Of a DNA stretch of 64,000 nt, positions 57,204 through 64,000 are shown piece after piece. The notes beneath the pieces were generated by a model. It did no database searches and was not told the origin of the DNA. It saw nothing but the letters and a program-made list of their open reading frames with translations. The stretch spans positions 1,312,001-1,376,000 of the forward strand of contig CBDATQ010000001.1 in the NCBI GenBank assembly GCA_965199955.1. The letters are read 5' to 3'. A program made the translations under genes and the position numbers. Position 1 is the stretch's first letter. Each line of letters opens with the position of its first letter. The stretch comes from Spirochaetia bacterium (GTDB taxonomy: Bacteria > Spirochaetota > Spirochaetia > SZUA-6 > Bin103).

Positions 57204-58066
57204 ACACCAACTCCCGGCCCACTGATCAGTTACGCAACACACGCGCGCTCGCGCCGCCGTCGCGTAGCCGGTCGTCTGCGCCACCAGCCTCAGCAGCCGC
57301 CGATAGGTGGCCGCCGGCCGCCGCGCACCGCGCCCCGAGCGGATCTCCTGCTCGCGCCGCTTGGCAGCGCGGCAGTGGTCGCGAAACGACACCCCCGCCA
57401 AGCGCCCGCGCGCCTGGCGCAGCAACCGCGTCAGGACCCGCACGCCGTCGTACAACAGCCGGCTGTCCGACGGTGCCAGGATGTCCGTGTCGGTGACGGT
57501 GCTGTCGATGCGCACCTGAGTGCCCGACTCGATACCTCGCAACTTGGCGTCCTGCAGCAGCACGCCCTCGATGCTTCTCCAGGCCTCGGCGTCGATCGCC
57601 TTGATGCCGGCGTGCAACGCCGACTTCTTCGGCACCTCGTACGGATCGACCCGTGCGAAGCGCTGCATGGTGGCCGAATCGTGCAGGGCGAACTCCAACG
57701 CGCGGTACGAATAGCCCATCAGGTGTTTGAGCACCGCGCAGCGCAGGATCGTCTCGCAGGTCAGGCCATGGCGACCCCAGGCGACCGAGCCGCCAACACA
57801 GCGGCCAACCACCTCGAGCAATTCCGCGTGCTGATCGAGCCATCCGGAAGCACGTTCCAGCTCTTCGGCGACGGGATGGACAACTTCGGGCGCTTGGAAT
57901 ACGCTGGGCTGGATGATGCGTGTGGAGCGCATCTGACCTCCGGTGTTTCGGCTATCGTTTAGGACTTCACCAACGATGGTAGCCGAAACACCGTTTCTTT
58001 GTCCGCCCCCTTTCGATCCTCAACTCAAGCCCTTCAAACGAGTTGCGAGTTACCGGACAGGAACTA
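57204..58066 (-). mobile_element. ISNCY-family element, 3'-truncated by IS66 (transposase from 57932)
   Basis: MR..RI.Q.S.F, EL...S.WLD, GR.GLT.E..LRCA.LK, SY..L.F.L.DS, RIDSTVT...I..PSDS.LL.D.VR; probable end TAGTTCCTGTCCGG near 58066. Confidence 0.8.
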
Positions 58067-58074
58067 ACCTAAGG

Positions 58075-59184
58075 TCAGGTGGTCAGCACTTCGCGCAATC
58101 GACGGGTGACCTGCTGGGCCTCGCCAGGCTGCAGAGTCATGGGATCGGCGAACATTCCGCCGTCCCAGCCACCCATGGTGATGCTGGGATCGCCGTCGCG
58201 GAGCGGCGGGCCATAGGTGTCGGCGGTGCGGTCGCCCAGAAGCTCGATCCGGACGCGAGGCACGCCGCCGGGGAAGAAGAGCTGGTCCCCGTCGTCGACC
58301 GTGGCGCGCACGCCGCCGATCCCCTCCAGCCCCGCGACGATCAGCTCGGCGTCGGCTCGCCAGTGACGGTAGTCGTCCTCGTCACTGCCGTCCAGGAAGA
58401 GTTCGACGGCGGCCAGCAGGCCCATCAGCTCCTCCTTGCCCACCTTCATGCCGCGACCCACGGAGCTGGCCGGCGAGCCGTTCATGCGCGCCGCCTCGAT
58501 GAGCTCCGCCTTGCCGACCACCAGGCCGCTGGACTGCGGGCCGCGCAGGCCCTTGCCGCCGGAGAACACCACCAGGCCTGCGCCCAGGCGGACCGGCTCG
58601 GTCAGGTTGGAGCGCGGCGGAAGCTGCGCCGCCGCGTCGACGATGACCGGGATGCCGCGCGGCTCGGCCACGGCGACCACCTCGGCGAGCTGCTCCAGGG
58701 CCTGCTTGCCCAGGTAGTGGAGGACCGCGGCGGTGTCGTCGTCGAGCGCCTCCTCGATGGCGGCGGTCGGGCAGGCCTCCTTGCTGCCGACCTTGACCAG
58801 GACGCCGCCGGTTGCGGCGATCACCTGGAAGAGGTAGTCGTGCGCGTCCACTTGCGGGATCACGAAGCGGTTGCGCCAGCCGTCGGTGAAGGGTAGCCGC
58901 TGGACGCGCCCGGCGTCGGTGCCGGTCAGGCAGGCGGCCGCCGCCTGCTGCACGCCGCTGGCGGCGCCGCAGGTGACCAGCGCGCCCTCGACGCCGATGC
59001 GGTGGGCGAGCCGTTCACCGATCCGCTCCTGCAGGGTCTCCACCGAGACGAAGCTGCGGGCCGCCTGGCGCATCGCCTCTACGACCGGCTCCGGCATGAT
59101 GCTGCCGCCGACCGAGGTGCCGGTGCCGCGGCAGTTGATGAACGGCCGCACGCCCAGGTCGGCGTAGGTAGTCGGGCCGCTCAA
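58075..59184 (-). CDS. SelA-like PLP-dependent enzyme (DgaE/aminotransferase class V-like)
   Basis: LGVRP.IN..GT.T..GGS, VT.GAA, VDAAA, FSGGK.LRGPQSSG, GRGMKVGKEE; TTG start overlaps the upstream stop. Confidence 0.85.
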   Translation of the reverse strand: MSGPTTYADLGVRPFINCRGTGTSVGGSIMPEPVVEAMRQAARSFVSVETLQERIGERLAHRIGVEGALVTCGAASGVQQAAAACLTGTDAGRVQRLPFTDGWRNRFVIPQVDAHDYLFQVIAATGGVLVKVGSKEACPTAAIEEALDDDTAAVLHYLGKQALEQLAEVVAVAEPRGIPVIVDAAAQLPPRSNLTEPVRLGAGLVVFSGGKGLRGPQSSGLVVGKAELIEAARMNGSPASSVGRGMKVGKEELMGLLAAVELFLDGSDEDDYRHWRADAELIVAGLEGIGGVRATVDDGDQLFFPGGVPRVRIELLGDRTADTYGPPLRDGDPSITMGGWDGGMFADPMTLQPGEAQQVTRRLREVLTT

Positions 59185-60743
59185 TAGACCCGCTCCAGCT
59201 CCCCGACCGGCACCTCGATCAGCACCGGCTCGTCGCCGGCGAACGCACGCTCCAGCTCCTGCCGCAACGCCGTGGGGTCCTGTGCCCGCGCGCCGCGCAC
59301 GCCGAAGGACTCGCTCAGGCGGACGAAGTCCGGGTTGCGCAGGTCGACGCCCACCAGCCGGCCGCCGAAGTCCTCCCGCTGGGAGCGCTTCACGTTGCCA
59401 TAGGCGTCGTCGTTGAACACCACCACGGTCACGGCGATGTCGTGCAGGACCGCGGTGGCCAGCTCCTGGATGTGGTACATGACGCCGCCGTCGCCGCAGC
59501 AGGCGACCACCGGCGTGTCGGGCCGCGCCACCTTGGCACCCATGGCGATCGGCAGCGCCCCGCCCAGGTTGCCGCGCGGATCGAAGTAGGTGTCGGGCGC
59601 GTAGACGCGGTAGTAGTTGCGGCTGTAGTAGCCCATCTGGTTCATGCCGTAGGCCAGGATGCCGTCGTCAGGGATGGCCTCGCGTAACGCCTCGATGTAG
59701 GAGCGCTGCGGCTCGAGCTGCTCGCCGTCGCCGAAGCGCACGCCGTTGAGGGCGGCGATGGCCGCGGTCGGATCCTTCGCCTTTCCGGGGCGCACCAGTC
59801 GAGTGAGGGTCTCCAGGGCCCCTCGCGCGTCCGCTTCGATGGCCAGCGCCTGGTCGGCGGCCAGCGCGTCGGCGTCAAGGTCGATGCGGATCACCCGCTT
59901 CGGGTCGACGCCCAGCAGCCCGGCCGGACCGTATTGGGTGCCGACCGCCAGGACGACGTCGCGCGACTGCGCGAACTCCGCCAGCGGTGCGTAGGCGCGC
60001 AGGGAGTGTCCCAGCGCCAGCGGGCTGCGGTCGGAGATGGCGCCCTTGCCGGCCGTGGTGGTCGCGACCGGCGCCGGCAGCCGCTCGGCCAGCTCGGCCA
60101 GCGCCGCGGCGGCGCCGGAGCGGTGCACGCCGGTGCCGGCCAGGATCAGCGGCCGCTCGGCGTCGGAGAGCATGGCGGCGGCGCGCTCCAGTGCGGCGAC
60201 GTCGCTGGCCGGCGGCTCGATCGCGGCCCGCGGGGCGATCTCGACTTCCTCTTCCTGCGCCAGCACCGTTGCGGACACTTCCAGGTAGACCGGCCTGGGG
60301 CGGCCGGAGCAGGCCGCCCGTACCGCCTCCGGCACCTTGGCCGCCACGTCGCCTGGGCTGGTCGCTTTCGCCGCCCACTTGGTGATCGGTTCCAGCCAGT
60401 GGCTCGATGACGCGCCCTTGAGGCGGTCCTCGGGCGAGCCTGAGATGACGATGATGGGCGAGGAGGAGCGCAACGCGGTCGAGACGCCGCCGGAGGCGTT
60501 GAACAGGCCCGCGCCCGGCACTACCAGGGCGCTGGCCGGGCGGTTGCCGGCGCGCGCGTAGCCGTCGGCCATGTGCGTGGTAGGCTGCTCGTTTCGGCAG
60601 GAGACGTAGCGGATGCCGTCGGTGTCGAAGTAGGCGTCGACCGCCTCGTACTGGCCTGCGCCCGGCACGCCGAAGGTGACGGCCACCCCTTGGGCGGCCA
60701 GCGAGCGCACCAGTGCCTGGCCGCCGTTCATGCGTCGTTTCAT
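59181..60743 (-). CDS. Thiamine-diphosphate-dependent enzyme (acetolactate synthase-like superfamily)
   Basis: FGVPG, RNEQ...MADGYAR, PVYLE, GDGG-x24-ND ThDP motif, NPDF. Confidence 0.9.
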   Translation of the reverse strand: MKRRMNGGQALVRSLAAQGVAVTFGVPGAGQYEAVDAYFDTDGIRYVSCRNEQPTTHMADGYARAGNRPASALVVPGAGLFNASGGVSTALRSSSPIIVISGSPEDRLKGASSSHWLEPITKWAAKATSPGDVAAKVPEAVRAACSGRPRPVYLEVSATVLAQEEEVEIAPRAAIEPPASDVAALERAAAMLSDAERPLILAGTGVHRSGAAAALAELAERLPAPVATTTAGKGAISDRSPLALGHSLRAYAPLAEFAQSRDVVLAVGTQYGPAGLLGVDPKRVIRIDLDADALAADQALAIEADARGALETLTRLVRPGKAKDPTAAIAALNGVRFGDGEQLEPQRSYIEALREAIPDDGILAYGMNQMGYYSRNYYRVYAPDTYFDPRGNLGGALPIAMGAKVARPDTPVVACCGDGGVMYHIQELATAVLHDIAVTVVVFNDDAYGNVKRSQREDFGGRLVGVDLRNPDFVRLSESFGVRGARAQDPTALRQELERAFAGDEPVLIEVPVGELERVY

Positions 60744-60757
60744 CGGTTGCTCCCTTG

Positions 60758-61585
60758 TCAGGTATGCGAGGCCGCCGCGGCGGCGGCCGGTTCGGCAGCT
60801 TCGAGCGGGTAGACCCTCGGAAAGACCGGGCCGGCCAGCCGCTCGCCGTCGGCGACGGTGATGAACTGCTTCATGATGTGGTCGTTGGCCGCCACGTAGA
60901 GGGTGGTCTCCGGCATGTAGTGAAAGGCGATGGCGCGCCGCGGCCGGCCGGACCGGTTGGGGAACGAGGCGTGCCAGGTCAGGCCGTGATGGAAGTGGAC
61001 GTGGCCCTTGGCCACCGGGCGCGGTACCGGCCGGATTTCGTGGCCGCGGTACTCGGCCGGCAGCTCGGAGTCGAAGTGGATGTCCTGGTGGAGCTCCCGG
61101 GCCGATCCCCAGCGGTGGGAGCCCGGGACCATCCACATGCAGCCGTTGCCTTCGTCCACGTCGTCCAGGGCCACCCATGCCGACATCTGCACGTGCGGGA
61201 TGAGCACCGGCCATGCAGGCGAGTCCTGGTGCCAGGAGGTGGTGCCGCCGATGTCCTTCGGCTTGTACTGCACCTGGTCGTGCCAGATGCGGAGCTCCCT
61301 GGCGCCGGTCATGCGGGCCACGTCGGTAACGATCGACGGGCTGCGGCTCAGATGGGCGAACGCGTCGCTGGCCTGCCAGATGTTGACGATCTGCCACACC
61401 GGCCGGCCCTCGTTTTTGGACAGGTCGCTGCAGCGCACCGGGCGACGGCCGTCGGGGAAGTCAGTGGCGGTCAGGACGCGCTCCAGCTCGCCGCGCAGCT
61501 CGTCGACCTCGGCGTCGTCGAGCACGCGGTCACCCAGGACGAATCCCCGGTCGCGGAACTCCTGTACCTGTGCCTCACTCAGCAT
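60758..61585 (-). CDS. PhyH-family Fe/2OG dioxygenase (canonical HxD)
   Basis: WHDQ..YKP, WHQD, WVALDD....NGC...PGSH, HHGLTWH.S..N.S..PRRA. Confidence 0.92.
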   Translation of the reverse strand: MLSEAQVQEFRDRGFVLGDRVLDDAEVDELRGELERVLTATDFPDGRRPVRCSDLSKNEGRPVWQIVNIWQASDAFAHLSRSPSIVTDVARMTGARELRIWHDQVQYKPKDIGGTTSWHQDSPAWPVLIPHVQMSAWVALDDVDEGNGCMWMVPGSHRWGSARELHQDIHFDSELPAEYRGHEIRPVPRPVAKGHVHFHHGLTWHASFPNRSGRPRRAIAFHYMPETTLYVAANDHIMKQFITVADGERLAGPVFPRVYPLEAAEPAAAAAASHT

Positions 61586-61610
61586 ACGCAGCAGTATACG
61601 CGGGCGCGGC

Positions 61611-62351
61611 TCAGCCCATGAAGCCGCCGCCGTTGATGTCGATGGGCGCGCCGGTGATGTAGCCGGCGTGCTCGCTGGTCAGGAACGCCACCGCCTCGGC
61701 GACCTCCTCCGGCGTGCCCAGGCGGGAGACCGGGAAGCTCTCCTCGTACGCGGCGATCCGCTCCGGCGTGACGGTGCCGCGCACCATCTCCGTGTCGATG
61801 AGCCCCGGGCAGACGGCGTTGACGGTGATGCCGTACGGGGCCAGCTCCTTGGCCAGCGCGCGCGTCAGGCCGAGCACGCCGTGCTTGGCGGCCGTGTAGT
61901 GGCAGCCGCCCAGGGTGCTGACGGTGCGGCCGGCGGTGGAGGAGAAGTGCACGATGCGGCCGTAGCCGCGTTCGCGCATCGGCCCCGCGACTGCCTTGCT
62001 GGCCACGAACGAGCCCTTGAGGCTGACGGCCACCACGCGGTCGAACTCGTCCTCCTCCAGTTCGAAGAAACGCGTGCGCAGCATGATGCCGGCGGCGTTG
62101 ACCAGGATGTCCAGCCGCCCGTGGTGCTCAAGCGCTGCCGCCACCGCCCGCTCCACGTCGGCCGCTCGGGTCACGTCGCCCGCGCACGCCAGCCCGTCCA
62201 GCTCGGCCGCCAGCTCCCGCAGGGGCTCCGCCTGCCGGTCGAACACCGCCACCGCGGCGCCGCCGGCCGCGAGCCGCCGCGCGCACGCCGCGCCCATGCC
62301 CTGCGCCGCGCCGGTGACCAGCGCGACCCTGCCCTGGTGATCTCGTTTCAT
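61611..62351 (-). CDS. Short-chain dehydrogenase/reductase (FabG-like)
   Basis: VTGAAQGMG, N.AG, SS, YTAAK, VNAVCPG, DINGG. Confidence 0.92.
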   Translation of the reverse strand: MKRDHQGRVALVTGAAQGMGAACARRLAAGGAAVAVFDRQAEPLRELAAELDGLACAGDVTRAADVERAVAAALEHHGRLDILVNAAGIMLRTRFFELEEDEFDRVVAVSLKGSFVASKAVAGPMRERGYGRIVHFSSTAGRTVSTLGGCHYTAAKHGVLGLTRALAKELAPYGITVNAVCPGLIDTEMVRGTVTPERIAAYEESFPVSRLGTPEEVAEAVAFLTSEHAGYITGAPIDINGGGFMG

Positions 62352-62461
62352 GCCGCCTCCCTCTCCTGCGCGCAGGCTACTCCTCGAACGGCTGCGGCGT
62401 CAGGCCGGTGCCGATCGCGCGGGCCGGCAGCGCCGCGGCCGGTCCGCTATGCTTCGCCGCG

Positions 62462-63928
62462 ATGGGACCTACCAACGTGCTGGTGATGTTCTGCGACCAG
62501 CTCCGGCGCGACCTGCTGGGCTGTTACGGGAACCCGCTGGTGCGCACGCCCAACCTCGACGCGCTGGCGGCCGAGTCCGTGGTCTTCGACCGCGGCTACA
62601 CGCCGGTTGCGATCTGCTCGCCGGCGCGCGCCAGCCTGATGACTGGCCTGTACCCGCACCGCCACCACCTCTTCAACAACTCCACTCCCGAGTACTCCTA
62701 CTGCCGGCACCTGCCGCCGTCGGTGCGCGCCATCCAGGACTGGGCCGCCGCCGAGACCGACTGCCAGACCGCCTACTTCGGCAAGTGGCACATCGGGCCG
62801 GCGGAGGACCTGTTCGCCAGCGCCTTCGAGCACACGCAGCGGCCGGGCACGCAGGCGGGCGGGGATCCGCCCTTCCTGGACAGCACGCAGTGGCACCCGT
62901 CCACGGACTACTGGCCGATGGTGCGCTCGGTGGAGCCCGGCCACGCCGGGACCGTGGACGTGCCGGTCGACGAGTTCCCGGACGGACTGGCCGCCCGCTA
63001 CGCGAGCGACTTCCTGGGCAGCCGCGACCCCGACCGGCCGTTCCTGCTGTTCTGCGCCTTTCCCGGCCCGCACGGCCCGTGGCTGGTGCCGGAGGAGTGG
63101 GGGCTGCGCCACGACCCGGCCGACGTCCCGCTCTGGCCCAACCGATTCGACGACTTCAGAGGCAAGCCGATCTACCAGCGCAAACTGGCCGCGCTGGAGG
63201 CGAGGCCGGAGGGGGCCGGCAAACCGCGCTCCGACGACGAGCTGCGCCGCGCGCTCGCCTGCAACTTCTCCTACATCGAGCTGATCGACCACCTGGTCGG
63301 GCGGCTGCTCGACCGGCTGCGGGAGCTGGGCCTCCACGACTCCACGGCGATCGTCTTCACCGCCGACCACGGCGACATGGCCGGCTCGCACGGCTTCGCC
63401 AGCAAGGGCGCCTACATGTACGACGAGATCTACCGCGTGCCGATGATCGTGCGCGTGCCGGGGGCCGAGGCGCGTCGAGCGGAACGCGAGCCGGTGAACC
63501 TGACCGACGTGACCGCCACCGCCGTGCACCTGGTCGCCGGGCGGCCGGTCGCCACCTTCGGCTCCGGGCCGCTGAACGGCGAGTCGCTGGTGGACTTCGT
63601 GCGCGGTCGCGCCCCGTGGCCCCGCCCCGTGCACTTCGCGCAGTATCACGGCGACTGGTACGGTCACTACTCGTCGCGCATGGTGACCGACGGAGACTGG
63701 AAGCTGGTGTGGAACCTGACCGACCGCTGTGAGTTGTACGACCTGTGCGCCGACCCGGACGAGCTCCACAACCGGTTCTACGCGAGCGGCGACCGCCGCG
63801 TGGACGACGCCCGGCGTAGCTACTTCGAGCTCCTGGCGGCCGAGGCCAAGCGCTACGGCGACGCGCAACTCGATCTGCTGGCACCTGAGCTGGAGCTCGC
63901 CGCGGCCGGCGAAGGAGAGGAGTGGTGA
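62462..63928 (+). CDS. Cys-type sulfatase
   Basis: NVL..FCDQ.R, CSPAR, GKWH, GPH.P, ADHGD, ELYDL..DP.E. Confidence 0.92.
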   Translation: MGPTNVLVMFCDQLRRDLLGCYGNPLVRTPNLDALAAESVVFDRGYTPVAICSPARASLMTGLYPHRHHLFNNSTPEYSYCRHLPPSVRAIQDWAAAETDCQTAYFGKWHIGPAEDLFASAFEHTQRPGTQAGGDPPFLDSTQWHPSTDYWPMVRSVEPGHAGTVDVPVDEFPDGLAARYASDFLGSRDPDRPFLLFCAFPGPHGPWLVPEEWGLRHDPADVPLWPNRFDDFRGKPIYQRKLAALEARPEGAGKPRSDDELRRALACNFSYIELIDHLVGRLLDRLRELGLHDSTAIVFTADHGDMAGSHGFASKGAYMYDEIYRVPMIVRVPGAEARRAEREPVNLTDVTATAVHLVAGRPVATFGSGPLNGESLVDFVRGRAPWPRPVHFAQYHGDWYGHYSSRMVTDGDWKLVWNLTDRCELYDLCADPDELHNRFYASGDRRVDDARRSYFELLAAEAKRYGDAQLDLLAPELELAAAGEGEEW

Positions 63929-64000
63929 GGCTGCTGTTCATCGACCGGCGCGACCTGCCGGTCGCGTGGGGCCACACGCGCATCGAGGCGACGCCGCTCA
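63925..64000 (+). CDS. Start of a hypothetical protein running off the window
   Basis: GTGA overlap with the sulfatase stop, SD gaggag, VRLLFIDRR... Confidence 0.5.
   Translation, partial: MRLLFIDRRDLPVAWGHTRIEATPL

Noticed and set aside
58075..59184. Selenocysteine synthase selA
   Set aside because: Too short, lacks the SelA N-terminal domain, no selB/selC/selD nearby; fits the DgaE-like subgroup better

Overview
High-GC (about 70%), gene-dense bacterial chromosomal window dominated by catabolic and uptake genes. Transport: one Opp/Dpp-type and three sugar-type ABC permease sets, with no ATPase gene and no recognisable catabolic transcription regulator in 64 kb. Glycan enzymes: three Cys-type sulfatases, two sialidase/BNR proteins, two paralogous ~1,080-aa YetA/PL26-like proteins and an oligogalacturonate-lyase-family protein. 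Redox enzymes: four PhyH-family Fe/2OG dioxygenases, five SDRs and two Gfo/Idh/MocA oxidoreductases. The gene content and the solute-binding-protein leader style (…AGAFATGEEEG…) suggest a host-associated, possibly sponge-symbiotic, spirochaete (inference only). A decayed variable island at ~51.2-58.1 kb holds Fic, a ParE-like TA remnant, a PPC-repeat protein, an AAA/PD-(D/E)XK remnant, IS66 and ISNCY. Many genes are frameshifted or internally deleted, so some breaks may be assembly indels. Most notable: (1) a PurA paralogue that has lost both guanine-recognition motifs, next to a DHDPS-family aldolase and a PhyH protein; (2) two PhyH proteins with an apparent HxG rather than HxD iron motif (halogenase-like); (3) two parallel glycan-processing modules built around the YetA/PL26-like proteins; (4) a PhyH + ThDP enzyme + PLP enzyme cluster resembling alpha-oxidation; (5) recurring TAnnnT boxes 6-8 nt before start codons (leaderless mRNAs); (6) ~60-bp palindromic direct repeats bracketing the Fic gene. 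No rRNA, tRNA or CRISPR array was seen. All family calls come from motif recognition by eye, not database searches.
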